64,000 bases of DNA from Candidatus Bathyarchaeia archaeon (GCA_038852285.1 JAWCKG010000006.1:14955-78954), one strand, 5' to 3'; numbered from the stretch's first letter, positions 46,019 through 55,877 are shown. The notes: a model not told the origin generated them from the letters alone. Program-made: numbers and translations.

Positions 46019-47305
46019 TCAACATGTTCCCCGGCGGGCTCTTAATTCTAGGAGCAACTTCTCCGCGACATCCATTCTAACCTGACCCATCTTCACCATT
46101 TCTAAGGCGACCTTATCGATTTCCTCCCCTACAGCTCCAGCCATGGAGGCGACGTTTCTGGCGTGAAGCTTCATGTGGCCTCTTTGAATTCCCTCCGTGG
46201 CTAAGGCCCTTAAGGCGGCTAGGTTTTGCGCCAGCCCAACGGCGGCCATTACTTCACCTAGCTCCCGAGCGTTTTTCACCCCTAGGATTTTCAAGGCGAT
46301 TTTCGCTACGGGGTGGACGGCGGTGACCCCTCCGATGACCCCGACGGCCATCGGCATCTCAATGGTTCCGACAAGGTTGTTGTTTTCATCCTTCTCCCAA
46401 ACGGTCAACGGCTTATAAACGCCGCCGAGGGCCGCGTAGCTGTGGGCTCCCGCCTCCAAAGCCCTAGTGTCATTGCCAGTAGCCAAGGCGACGGCGACGA
46501 CCCCGTTCATAATCCCCTTATTATGGGTGGCGCATCTGTAAACGTCTTTAACCGCGAACCGATAGGCCTCAACGATCCTATCTACGACTTCCTCACCCTC
46601 CAAAACCTCCTTGTCCACTTTCGCGTAGGCCCTCGCCAACCGACACGCCGCCAGGTTGGAGACGATTCTTAAAACCACATCCCCGCCGGTTAACTCCTCT
46701 ATGACAGGCGCTACGGATTCAGCCATGGTGTTCACGATGTTCGCGCCCATGGCATCCCGGCAATCCACGTACAAGTCAACCACCAGCATCGAAGGCTGCC
46801 CCTCGAGCACGCGAACGTTAAGGTCTTTCGCCCCTCCGCCGATCGATACCAGCAGGGGGTCCTTTCTATTCGCCTCCTCGATGATCCTACTCTTGTTTGA
46901 AAGGATTTTAAACCTCGACCCGTATGGGTCCTTCACTCCCACAACTTGAATTTCACCGATCATGATGGGCTCGGTGCTGGTTGTTCTGAACCCCCCGCTG
47001 TCCCTGACCATCCTAGCCGCGTTGCTGGCCGCGGCTATGACTGAGGGCTCCTCGATGGCCATGGGGATCAAATAGTCTCTGCCGTTGATCAGAAAGTTCA
47101 CCGCCACCCCCATGGGGATGGGCATGACCCCTATCACGTTTTCGATCATGCGGTTCGCGTCTTCTATGGGAAGCGACCCAGTGTTCATAAGCGTGGAGGC
47201 CTCTTCGTCGGTTAACTGGGCGAATTTTTTCACGGCCTCCAGCCTTTCCAGGGGCGAGAGTTTGTAGAAGCCCTTTATCCTAGAGGTCTTCTCCACTCCT
47301 TCCAA
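46019..47305 (-). CDS. hmgA: HMG-CoA reductase, class II type
   Basis: ENVIGVMPIPMGVAVNFLINGRDYLIPMAIEEPSVIAAASNAARM, DAMGAN and GTIEMPMAVGVIGG. The EEPSV(I/V)AA block is the class II signature, where class I has TTEGCLVAS. At 428 aa. Confidence 0.85.
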   Translation of the reverse strand: MEGVEKTSRIKGFYKLSPLERLEAVKKFAQLTDEEASTLMNTGSLPIEDANRMIENVIGVMPIPMGVAVNFLINGRDYLIPMAIEEPSVIAAASNAARMVRDSGGFRTTSTEPIMIGEIQVVGVKDPYGSRFKILSNKSRIIEEANRKDPLLVSIGGGAKDLNVRVLEGQPSMLVVDLYVDCRDAMGANIVNTMAESVAPVIEELTGGDVVLRIVSNLAACRLARAYAKVDKEVLEGEEVVDRIVEAYRFAVKDVYRCATHNKGIMNGVVAVALATGNDTRALEAGAHSYAALGGVYKPLTVWEKDENNNLVGTIEMPMAVGVIGGVTAVHPVAKIALKILGVKNARELGEVMAAVGLAQNLAALRALATEGIQRGHMKLHARNVASMAGAVGEEIDKVALEMVKMGQVRMDVAEKLLLELRARRGTC

Positions 47306-48374
47306 CTAACATAATCCCCCTCTGCTTAACCCACTGATATGATTCTCCAGTTATGATTAAGGGAGCCCTCTTAAGGGCCTTTACGTTCGGGGAGGCGGTT
47401 AAAAACATGGAAACCTTCAACTCTTCAGCCACGGCCGTTAAGGCTTTTTTCGCGGCTTCCCCGCTTTTAACGGCTGGTTTAAGGAGGGGGCGTGCCAGTC
47501 CTGCGAGCTCAGCGCCCAAAGCGAGGGCCTTCGCGACGTCTATTCCCGTCCTCACTCCGCCTGAGGCGATGACCTGTACTCCAGGAATGGACAGGGCCTC
47601 CAGCAGGCTGGCCACGGTGGGTATGCCCCAGCTCCGGAAGGATTGGCCCATTCTGGCCTTCTGAAGGTTACGCGCCTTCAAAGCCCGGTAATGCTCCACC
47701 GCGGCCCAGCTGGTTCCACCCAGCCCCGCCACATCGATGATGGAAACCCCTATGGACTTGAGGTTTGCAGCGACCTCCCGGCATATGCCTGAGCCCGTTT
47801 CCTTCACGATGACTGGGACGGGCAGCTTTTTCACGATCTCCGCCATTCTTCCGAGGACTCCTCGAAAACGCGTCTCACCCTCCGGTTGTATGGCCTCCTG
47901 TAAGGGGTTTAAATGAATCATCAACGCATCCGCCTTCAACATGTCGACAACCCGTTTCACATGCTCCTCAGCCTCATCGCCGAGCAGCTGGGGGCATCCA
48001 ATGTTGGCGAGGACGGGAACAGAGGAGGCTACCTCCCTTACAACCGTGTATGTTTCAGCCATCGCTTCGTCTTCAAGCGCGGCCCTCTGGCTGCCAACTC
48101 CGATGGCGACCCCCAATTCCTCCGCCGCCTCAGCTAGGTTTCGGTTGATTTCAGCGGCCTCGGAGACTCCCCCGGTCATGGGCTCGATTATCAGAGGCGC
48201 CTCAAGTCTTCGACCAAGGAATGTCGTGGACACGTCCACATCGTCTAGATCCATTTCAGGCAAGGCGACGTGGATCAACCTCACATCCTTAAACCCTGGG
48301 TCAGTTTCAGACTCCACAGGCTTCTCGATCGCCAACCTTATATGATCAATTTTCCTCACAACGGTTTTCTTCAA
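47280..48374 (-). CDS. fni: isopentenyl-diphosphate delta-isomerase type 2 (FMN-dependent)
   Basis: KIDHIRLA start, VKETGSG, and ASGGVRTGIDVAKALALGA. At 364 aa. Confidence 0.88.
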   Translation of the reverse strand: MKKTVVRKIDHIRLAIEKPVESETDPGFKDVRLIHVALPEMDLDDVDVSTTFLGRRLEAPLIIEPMTGGVSEAAEINRNLAEAAEELGVAIGVGSQRAALEDEAMAETYTVVREVASSVPVLANIGCPQLLGDEAEEHVKRVVDMLKADALMIHLNPLQEAIQPEGETRFRGVLGRMAEIVKKLPVPVIVKETGSGICREVAANLKSIGVSIIDVAGLGGTSWAAVEHYRALKARNLQKARMGQSFRSWGIPTVASLLEALSIPGVQVIASGGVRTGIDVAKALALGAELAGLARPLLKPAVKSGEAAKKALTAVAEELKVSMFLTASPNVKALKRAPLIITGESYQWVKQRGIMLVGRSGEDL

Positions 48375-48383
48375 GGATCTCCC

Positions 48384-49373
48384 TCAACTTCGCCTCCATA
48401 CCCTCAAACCGTAATTGTCCACCTTGACCACGTATGGTCTTCCACCGGACTCCCGGATCGCTGAGGCCACCTCCCCCCCTCTCCCAGGCTCAGGAACCGC
48501 CACAACGCATCCCCCACCGCCCGCGCCTGTAAGCTTAGCGCCTAGGGCCCCGTGGTCCATGGTCTCATCAACCATTCTGTCAATGCTCTCAGAGGAGGCC
48601 CCCACCTCTCTTAGCAGCCGTTGATTCTCACTCATCAACTCCCCCATCTTCTTCAAGTCGCCTCGCTTCAAAGCCTCCTCAGCGTCCCTTACGATTCGCT
48701 TCACTTGGCCCATCAACTCCTCACCCCTCCCAGGGTGATCGTTCAAATACTTGGATACACGCTCCACCATGAGGGATGTCCTCCTCGGCTTTCCAGTATC
48801 CCCTATCACTAACGGGAGCTCACATCCCAACCGTATCCTCCTGAAGCCCTCCCCCTTCACGTAGAATATAACTCCACCATAGGTGGATGTGGTCTGATCA
48901 ATTCCTGAGGGGTTTCCATGGATGCGCCTCTCCGGTATGAAGGCCAGCTCCACCACCTCCCTTCTCGAAACATTCAGCCCCAAAGCCTTAGACGCCGCTG
49001 AGATCATGGATACAGCTATGGCCGCGGAGGATCCTAAACCTGAGCTGGGTGGAATCGTGGATTCCATGTGGATGCGCAGCCCAGGGGGAGGATGTTTAAC
49101 CCGGCTTTTCAACTCCAACAACAGCGGTATCCACGGAGCCACAGCGGAGCTCAGGGGAAAAAACTCTTCCACGCTGTTTAGATTGGTTTTCGACCAATCA
49201 TACGCGTATGTGAAGGCTGAGGACTCCATCTTAAGCAGGCTGTCTTCAAGCGTGGTTAAAGCTCTAACCCGGGCGTGTAGGTTGATGGCGGCGGCGATGG
49301 CTGGGGATCCACGGACAACGAAGTGTTCTCCGAGTAGAATCACCTTGCCCGGCGCCCTAGCGTACACATCCAA
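48384..49373 (-). CDS. mvk: mevalonate kinase (GHMP family)
   Basis: APGKVILLGEHFVV and PPSSGLGSSAAIAVS motifs. The start is placed at an in-frame TTG just after the memo stop; the ORF-track start at 49451 would overlap memo. Confidence 0.85.
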   Translation of the reverse strand: MDVYARAPGKVILLGEHFVVRGSPAIAAAINLHARVRALTTLEDSLLKMESSAFTYAYDWSKTNLNSVEEFFPLSSAVAPWIPLLLELKSRVKHPPPGLRIHMESTIPPSSGLGSSAAIAVSMISAASKALGLNVSRREVVELAFIPERRIHGNPSGIDQTTSTYGGVIFYVKGEGFRRIRLGCELPLVIGDTGKPRRTSLMVERVSKYLNDHPGRGEELMGQVKRIVRDAEEALKRGDLKKMGELMSENQRLLREVGASSESIDRMVDETMDHGALGAKLTGAGGGGCVVAVPEPGRGGEVASAIRESGGRPYVVKVDNYGLRVWRRS

Positions 49374-49392
49374 AACATTTCCCCGACTAGCG

Positions 49393-50241
49393 TTATGTAG
49401 ACGCTTTAACCGCCGCGTAGCCGACCACCGCGCCGACGTCGCCGGTGACATCGCCGCTGGTCGCGTATTTAAGCAGGGTCACGTTTAAGGCCTTATCCAG
49501 CTTCATCGCCCTTATGAACACGGTGACAGGCCCGTAGCCGCACATGGAAACGTTGAGTCGGTTGATGACGTTGTGCAAGCCTTCTTCGTCCAGGGTTAAA
49601 ATCGACTTAATCGCTTCCCCATCCTTTTTCTTCGCTTCGGATTGAGGCTCGTAATGGGTCATGTCGGTGCTGGCTAAGACGATGTAGTTTAAACCCTGCA
49701 CAGCTTTGTAAACCGCCTCCGCCACTTCCCTGGAGGTTTCCAAGTCCTGCATCATCATGCATATGGGGGCGATCTTCAACCCTTCCCCATACAAGTATTG
49801 CAGGAAGGGAAGTTGGACCTCTATTGAATGCTCATACAGGTGCGCGGTGTCGTCGACGTCTATGATATCCGAGGAGGAGGATATTTTCTCAGCGACCCCT
49901 TCATCCACTTCCAGCCTTCCTAGAGGGGTTTCCCAGACTCCTTCAACCATTATGGAAACCCCACTGCCCAAGCCCGTGTGGTTTGGGCCCAGGATCACCG
50001 CTACATCGGGCTTCCCATCCTCCGCCAGCGCGAGGTAAGAGTACGCGGCTACTGGGCCTGAGTACATGTAACCTGCATGGGGGCAGACGAGGCCTTTAAT
50101 TAAACGTTCGCCGCGCGGGTTCACGGTGGGCTTCCTACCAGGACCCAAGGGGCTTAAGAAGCATTCCTCTATGCTTTCGAGCAGGCTGTTCCTTGACCCT
50201 GGATAGAACGCTCCAGCCTGGCAGGGTCTTCGAACCTTCAT
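49393..50241 (-). CDS. amrB: Memo-like protein (AmmeMemoRadiSam system protein B)
   Basis: AGAFYPG, CPHAGYMYSG and HSIEVQLPFL motifs. Confidence 0.8.
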   Translation of the reverse strand: MKVRRPCQAGAFYPGSRNSLLESIEECFLSPLGPGRKPTVNPRGERLIKGLVCPHAGYMYSGPVAAYSYLALAEDGKPDVAVILGPNHTGLGSGVSIMVEGVWETPLGRLEVDEGVAEKISSSSDIIDVDDTAHLYEHSIEVQLPFLQYLYGEGLKIAPICMMMQDLETSREVAEAVYKAVQGLNYIVLASTDMTHYEPQSEAKKKDGEAIKSILTLDEEGLHNVINRLNVSMCGYGPVTVFIRAMKLDKALNVTLLKYATSGDVTGDVGAVVGYAAVKAST

Positions 50242-50912
50242 CCTTCCCCACCGATCTTCTGGGTCGCCGTTAGCTTTGTTTCAAAGTCCTCTACGGTTGG
50301 GGTGATGCTTCCATCAGGGGGGATCGTCCCCCTCTCCCTGAGGACCTGTCTAGCCAACAGCCAATAAATCATGGCCAGGGCTCTGCGACCCTTGTTGTTG
50401 GTGGGTATGGCGAGGTCTACGCCAGTGAACACGTTGTCCGTGTCGCATAAAGCGACCACGGGAATGCCTCCTCCCGAGGCTTCTTTAATGGCCTGCCAGT
50501 CAGCTCTCGGGTCCGTGACGAGGATGAGCGATGGCTCGATGTGGTTTGGGTGCAGTGGGTTTGAAATGTATCCTGGTAGAAACCGGCCGATAACAGGTGT
50601 GGCGCCCGTGAGCTCGCAGAACTTTTCAACAGGAGTTTTCCCATAAAGCCTAGAGGAGACGACAATCACCTTGCTCGGATCGAACCGAGCGATAAACTTG
50701 GCTGCAACCCTTATCTTCCTGTCGGTTTCACCTATGTTAAGGATGAACAGTCCATCCGGTCTAACCCTGTAGATGTAAGGCTCCATATGCTCTGTTTTAA
50801 CCCTAGTTCCGATATGTAGGCCTCCGGCCAACATCTCTTCCAAGGGGAGGAGAAGCTCCTCCTTTGTCTCGGAGACCTCTTTCTCAGCCATTTCGCCTAG
50901 CCTCACTTCCAT
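50238..50912 (-). CDS. rps2: 30S ribosomal protein S2 (uS2)
   Basis: LLAGGLHIGT...PYIYRVRPDGLFILN and ALCDTD motifs. Confidence 0.9.
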   Translation of the reverse strand: MEVRLGEMAEKEVSETKEELLLPLEEMLAGGLHIGTRVKTEHMEPYIYRVRPDGLFILNIGETDRKIRVAAKFIARFDPSKVIVVSSRLYGKTPVEKFCELTGATPVIGRFLPGYISNPLHPNHIEPSLILVTDPRADWQAIKEASGGGIPVVALCDTDNVFTGVDLAIPTNNKGRRALAMIYWLLARQVLRERGTIPPDGSITPTVEDFETKLTATQKIGGEG

Positions 50913-50917
50913 CGGGT

Positions 50918-51145
50918 TTAGACGCTCGGTTCCCTCCTCCTCTCAGCCGATATCACCGTGTATTTCAAAAGGTCGTCTATCAGCTCCACATGGGAGGTTA
51001 GCATCCTGCGGCAACAGTAGCGGGTAACTCCAAGGCTGTCTAAGACCTTCATCGCCTCTTCACCGGCCTCCACTCTTCTTTTATACTCTTCCCACTTATC
51101 GCCTATGAGCTTGCCGCATGTGAAACATCTTACGGGAATTATCAT
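50918..51145 (-). CDS. rpoN: RNA polymerase subunit N (Rpb10 homolog)
   Basis: [12 protein letters not shown]...RYCCRRM Zn motif. Confidence 0.9.
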   Translation of the reverse strand: MIIPVRCFTCGKLIGDKWEEYKRRVEAGEEAMKVLDSLGVTRYCCRRMLTSHVELIDDLLKYTVISAERRREPSV

Positions 51146-51159
51146 GTCTTCACATCCTT

Positions 51160-51582
51160 TTAACGATAGGATTTCTGCCTTCTCCTTCTGGGCCCTGGCC
51201 CCCCAAACTTCTTAGGCTCGGTTCTCCTCTGATCACCCGCGAGCATCGACCTATCGTAATCCATCATCTTCTTCTTCAACTGCTCACCCTTACTCCATTG
51301 CGTTAAACCCCGGGCGATGGCCATGCGGCAGGCCTCCGCCTGCGCCATGAAGCCTCCGCCTTGAACGTTCACCTTGACGTCAACCTGCCCAGCCACTCCC
51401 TCCGCCAGTACGATGGGCTCCATCACCTTTATCCGGGCGGCTTCGGGTTGAATAGCCTCCACCGGAGTTTTATTCACCGTCACGACGCCCTTCCCAGGCT
51501 TGAGCATGGCCTTCGCTATGGCGGTTTTCCGTTTTCCTGTCGCGAAGACAATTTTCTTCCTATCGGTCATCGGTTTTTCCAC
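51160..51582 (-). CDS. rps9: 30S ribosomal protein S9 (uS9)
   Basis: GKRKTAIA...GGG.MAQAEA...ARGL and a C-terminal RR.KSYR. Confidence 0.9.
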   Translation of the reverse strand: MEKPMTDRKKIVFATGKRKTAIAKAMLKPGKGVVTVNKTPVEAIQPEAARIKVMEPIVLAEGVAGQVDVKVNVQGGGFMAQAEACRMAIARGLTQWSKGEQLKKKMMDYDRSMLAGDQRRTEPKKFGGPGPRRRRQKSYR

Positions 51583-52004
51583 CCACCTATTTCTTTAACT
51601 AGGTCTGTGAGAAACACCTTAGGGGCCTTCAGCTTCGATGAGTCAGCCTCTTCAACCCGTATGGGGTGTTCTTCCAAATACTCCTCAGGGACGCCGATGA
51701 AAACCTTAACCCTCTTATAGGCGATTTTTCCCTTAGGCTTCTTCCAAGGTAACATGCCGCGGATCACCCTCCTCAAGTATACGTCGGGTCTTCTGGGATG
51801 TGTTGGGCTTTTCTCCAAGCTGCCCAGGGTTCTCGTAGCCAGCTTCCTTTTAACTTCTTCAAGCACCCTTTCCTTCGTGCCTGAGATAACCGCCTTCTCA
51901 GCGTTCAATATTATTATTTCCTCCCCTTCTAAAGCTTTCTTCGCGGCGTAGCTGGCCAGCCTCCCCAGCAGGGCTCGATCCGCGTCGATTATGATCCTGC
52001 CCAT
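51567..52004 (-). CDS. rpl13: 50S ribosomal protein L13 (uL13)
   Basis: IIDADRALLGRLAS...GMLPWK. The start is placed at the internal ATG after the L18e stop. Confidence 0.88.
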   Translation of the reverse strand: MGRIIIDADRALLGRLASYAAKKALEGEEIIILNAEKAVISGTKERVLEEVKRKLATRTLGSLEKSPTHPRRPDVYLRRVIRGMLPWKKPKGKIAYKRVKVFIGVPEEYLEEHPIRVEEADSSKLKAPKVFLTDLVKEIGGWKNR

Positions 52005-52009
52005 CTCAG

Positions 52010-52369
52010 CTACCCCAGCATCTGTGCTCCTTCCTCTAAACGGGAGTCTAAGATCTCCTCGATGCTTACGCATTTACCCCCAGCGTCTTCTATTTTCCTT
52101 TTAGCTTGCTGGGAGAAGCTTAACGCGGCCACTGTGAACCTTTTCTCCACCCTGCCCGCGCCTAAAACTTTACCTGGAACGATGATGAGCCTTCCTTCAA
52201 CCCCATACTTGGAGAGCTTGCTGACGTTCACGCTTCTCCGCTTCCTCCTAGGCTTCTCCAGCTCCTCAGCTAGGGCCTTCCACAGCTTTACCCCGCTTAC
52301 CCTAGCCTTTCGTCGAAGCGAGGTGATCAACGTTTTCAACCGCTCATCGGTCTTATCTAGCATCTTCAA
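52010..52369 (-). CDS. rpl18e: 50S ribosomal protein L18e
   Basis: LWKALAEEL.KPRR.R..VNVSKL...VPGKVLG pattern. Confidence 0.85.
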   Translation of the reverse strand: MKMLDKTDERLKTLITSLRRKARVSGVKLWKALAEELEKPRRKRRSVNVSKLSKYGVEGRLIIVPGKVLGAGRVEKRFTVAALSFSQQAKRKIEDAGGKCVSIEEILDSRLEEGAQMLG

Positions 52370-53181
52370 GGCCCCTTTTCGCTTAACATGTTTTCCAGCC
52401 GACTCAGCTTTTCGGTCAACGTTTTAACGGCTGTTAAAACGATTTCCTCAGGCGGTAAGGCGCCGGTGGACTCCATGTTGAAGATGAACGCGCTGTCATC
52501 CCAGCTTACCGTTATGGGTGAAGGTTGGATTGGACATTGCTTCACGCATTCCATGCACATGGTGCAGTTTAACTCGTTAACAACCTCAACCTTGGAGCCT
52601 CTTCTCTCGTAGATGTTTCTGGGGCAGATTTCAACGCATTCACCGCATCCATCGCATCTCTTAACGTCCAAGACGAGTTTAGGCATATATTTGTAGGCGC
52701 ATGTCGATGTGGCCTGCCACTTTGCGTGCTCTAAGCCTCTGCCCAGCCTCGCGTAGGCCTCCAGCTTTAGCCTCTGTTTTGGACCCAGCTTCGCGATGGG
52801 GATCTGCCCACTCACCGGCTTTATCTTAGGGTCCTGGGGTACGAGGTCTTTTGAGTAAACTGTTCTAACCTCTTCCCCAGCCTCAGCCTCCAGTGTAAAG
52901 CTGGCTCTGCATTTGCCGCATCCCATTTCGCTTCCGCAGTCGCATTCCTCGGGGAGGCTGTAGGATTTGAGGTCCGTCGTTAATGGGATAAGCCCTAGCC
53001 TATGCGCGATTATCTCATCGTAAAGTATGGAGGAGTTCTCTACAATGACCACGTCCTCAATCGCCATAACCGGCACCTCGGACATCATGGTCCTCCTTAA
53101 GGCGTTGGCGAATGAGGGGTGAACTCCTCTAACAATGAATTTAAGCCTGTCACCACTTTTCTCCGTAATCTCAACTTTCAA
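52366..53181 (-). CDS. rpoD: RNA polymerase subunit D (Rpb3 homolog) with a ferredoxin-like 2x[4Fe-4S] insertion
   Basis: FANALRRTMMSEVP start. Two CxxCxxCxxxCP motifs (CDGCGECVEICP and CTMCMECVKQCP). Confidence 0.9.
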   Translation of the reverse strand: MKVEITEKSGDRLKFIVRGVHPSFANALRRTMMSEVPVMAIEDVVIVENSSILYDEIIAHRLGLIPLTTDLKSYSLPEECDCGSEMGCGKCRASFTLEAEAGEEVRTVYSKDLVPQDPKIKPVSGQIPIAKLGPKQRLKLEAYARLGRGLEHAKWQATSTCAYKYMPKLVLDVKRCDGCGECVEICPRNIYERRGSKVEVVNELNCTMCMECVKQCPIQPSPITVSWDDSAFIFNMESTGALPPEEIVLTAVKTLTEKLSRLENMLSEKGP

Positions 53182-53208
53182 GATCGGTCACCGATTAGAA
53201 ACGACGTG

Positions 53209-53748
53209 TTAAGCAGGAGGCGACCGGTCGTTTACAATTCTTTTCGGGCTTGAAGCTTCCCCGCTTGTAGGGGCCGTTTGAACGGTAGCTTTTAACAGCG
53301 CCTCCTCGTCCTTTTTCACTATATACCCTGGAGCCGTGACTCTTCTATCGCCGATCATGACGTGTCCGTGAGTTATCATCGCCCTCGCTTCGTGGATTGT
53401 TCTAGCCAAACCTCTCCTGTAAACGAGGGTTTGAAGTCTTTTATCCAGTAAATTTTTAATCGTGAGGTCTAGGGCGTCGTCGATTCTCGCCGACTCGTCC
53501 AGCAATCCAAGCCTGGTCATCGTGGCGAAATATGTTTTCTGCAGTCTCTCCCTCTCCTCTCCGCGCATGCCGAGGATGGAGCGGGCGATACCCCTCATCT
53601 TCGAAAGCATCGTCTTATATCTCCAGAGCTCCCTCTTGTTCCTTAACCCATATTCGCCGATCAGCTTCAGCTCCGCTTCAAGCTGATCCATCCTCCACGG
53701 GTGGCGGGGCGGCTCATACTTCTTCCTCTGTTTCTTCGGGTCACCCAA
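53209..53748 (-). CDS. rps4: 30S ribosomal protein S4 (uS4)
   Basis: GDPKKQRKKYE.PRHPW start, and an S4 RNA-binding domain LQTLVYRRGLARTIHEARAMITHGHV. Confidence 0.9.
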   Translation of the reverse strand: MGDPKKQRKKYEPPRHPWRMDQLEAELKLIGEYGLRNKRELWRYKTMLSKMRGIARSILGMRGEERERLQKTYFATMTRLGLLDESARIDDALDLTIKNLLDKRLQTLVYRRGLARTIHEARAMITHGHVMIGDRRVTAPGYIVKKDEEALLKATVQTAPTSGEASSPKRIVNDRSPPA

Positions 53749-53755
53749 CTTAAAA

Positions 53756-54217
53756 CTACCTCGACGCGGCTATCGCCTTCTTTTTAACACCCACCGCCCT
53801 ACCCTTTCTACCAGTGGTCCTCGTACGTTGGCCTCTAACCTTCAGGCCGAGAGAATGTCTGACGCCTTTCCAAGACTTTAACTCCTTCATCAAGTCTATG
53901 TCTTCCTTAACCTTGAGGTCTAGGTCGGAGCCGGTGAGGTGGAACGACTGGCCTGTCCAAACATCTTTCCTCCTATTAAAAACCCATGAGGGGATACCAT
54001 ATTTAGCTGGGTCGTTTATCGCGTTCTCGATCCTATTCACGTCCCCTTCGGACAGCTCACCAATCCTCACGTCCTGTTTAAGGTTTAAGGCCCGAACCAC
54101 GGCGTTCGCGAAGCTGTAGCCTACACCTTTAATCTTAGTTAACCCATAAGTGACCTTTTTGGATCCATCTATATCCGTTCCACATACCCTAACGATATGC
54201 CTATACTCGCTCGACAT
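53756..54217 (-). CDS. rps13: 30S ribosomal protein S13 (uS13)
   Basis: IVRVCGTDIDGSKKV.YGLTKIKGVG pattern. Confidence 0.9.
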   Translation of the reverse strand: MSSEYRHIVRVCGTDIDGSKKVTYGLTKIKGVGYSFANAVVRALNLKQDVRIGELSEGDVNRIENAINDPAKYGIPSWVFNRRKDVWTGQSFHLTGSDLDLKVKEDIDLMKELKSWKGVRHSLGLKVRGQRTRTTGRKGRAVGVKKKAIAASR

Positions 54218-54521
54218 GACCGTTACCTTATTTCCCCCATAAGAAAGGGCTATTTAAATCTTCATCAACAAGTCAGTGTTCTGCTAAGATCCACAGCTTC
54301 GGAGATGCGAACCTTAACCCTCTCGAGGTTAGACAGCTTCCATCAGCATCCCAACTGTACAGCGTAAACACGTTTCAGCTAAATGAGGTTTAAATTTTAA
54401 GTTATTATAACGTAACGATAAAAAATCTTGTGGAAAAAACCCTCATCATACCACTCTTATATAATTAAACCTTTAATTTATAGGGGTAGTGAAGTTCGCG
54501 TTCAGCTGAGGGGTTAGATTA

Positions 54522-55877
54522 ATGAAAGGTCGACTTATGAGACAATATGGGTTACCAAGCGTCCTAGCCTTAACATTGCTTGCCATGTTTTTCACATCGA
54601 TTCTATTCACAGCCATGTCCCCGAGTGTTCAAGCCATCACCTTGGACCACGTGGTCATAAACGAATACGAGCAGAATCCACCTGGCGGAAACGCCAACAA
54701 ACAATGGGTTGAAATATATAACCCCACCGCCACGGCTGTGAACATCAGCCTATGGCAGATTAAAACAAAGGTATACGGTAAGAAATTCACCTTCCCTATG
54801 GGGACAATCCTCAAACCCAACAGCTACCTCGTAGTGGACTTTCCGGGAATCTACCTATCGGAGAGAAATGAGCAATTAACCTTGCTGGATTCAAGAAAAA
54901 TCGAGGTAGATAAGACACCTAAATCCGACGATAGGGGAAACGACGATAGAACATGGCAAAGGCATCCAAACGGGGTCGACACGGGGTCTGACGGGGATTG
55001 GAAGTTTAGACCATCCACGAAATGGTTTACCAACGGTGGAGAAACCCTCACGTGCAACGTATCTCCGAACTCAATTCAGCTCGGCACTCAGGTAACGGTT
55101 TCAGGCTTGATTGAACCGAAGTTTCAAACGTTCATCAAGGTTCAATACCGCGAAGCTGGTGGCAGCTGGAACGACCTAGCCATAGCTCAATCCACAACCA
55201 ACGGCGAGTACGCGGTTACCTACACTCCGACGGCGATTACCACATACGAGTTCAGGGCGTTAACCCCGTGGGAAAGTGGAGCTGTATCCAACACGGCAAC
55301 CCTAACCGTGAACAAGTTTCCAAGCAACATATACATCCTCGCCTTACGGGATGTGGTCGTCGGGGACAACGTGTCGATCATCGGGTTCATCTCACCCCTA
55401 AAAAGCGGAGAAACCGTTCAGCTTAGGATCGGTCTACCGAACGGCACAGAGTGGGTCAGGTCGATCACCACTAGGCCTGAAGGCTACTTCAACCATACGT
55501 TCCAAGCTGACCTCGAGGGAACCTGGAACTTCACAGCTTCATGGAACGGTGATGGAACCCATCTAGGCGCCACAAGCACTGTCCAATACTTAACGGTTAA
55601 AGAAAAATTCAAGAAAGTAGACTACTCCCCCATGGTAGCGTTGGCGGCGGCGGCCGTTGCGGCTGGCTTAGCCCTAGTGTTGGGCGTAGGGTTAAGGAGG
55701 AGAGCAGGCTACCGACCCCCTCCCACGCCGCCTCCCTCGCTGGTCGTGAGACGAGCTCCAAAGCCAGCGCCAATAGTGAAAGTTACGCCGCCAAAATGCC
55801 TGTTCTGCAAGTCTCCCACAATCTACGTGCCGGAGAGGAAAAAATACTACTGCCGACGATGCAAAATGTACCTTTAA
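54522..55877 (+). CDS. secreted lamin-tail-domain (LTD) protein with Ig-like region, TM anchor and cytoplasmic zinc ribbon
   Basis: Signal peptide ending VQA. LTD signature VVINEYEQNPPGGNANKQWVEIYNPTATAVNISLWQI. TM helix ALAAAAVAAGLALVLGVGL followed by RRR and a Pro-rich linker, then CLFC...CRRC. Confidence 0.65.
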   Translation: MKGRLMRQYGLPSVLALTLLAMFFTSILFTAMSPSVQAITLDHVVINEYEQNPPGGNANKQWVEIYNPTATAVNISLWQIKTKVYGKKFTFPMGTILKPNSYLVVDFPGIYLSERNEQLTLLDSRKIEVDKTPKSDDRGNDDRTWQRHPNGVDTGSDGDWKFRPSTKWFTNGGETLTCNVSPNSIQLGTQVTVSGLIEPKFQTFIKVQYREAGGSWNDLAIAQSTTNGEYAVTYTPTAITTYEFRALTPWESGAVSNTATLTVNKFPSNIYILALRDVVVGDNVSIIGFISPLKSGETVQLRIGLPNGTEWVRSITTRPEGYFNHTFQADLEGTWNFTASWNGDGTHLGATSTVQYLTVKEKFKKVDYSPMVALAAAAVAAGLALVLGVGLRRRAGYRPPPTPPPSLVVRRAPKPAPIVKVTPPKCLFCKSPTIYVPERKKYYCRRCKMYL

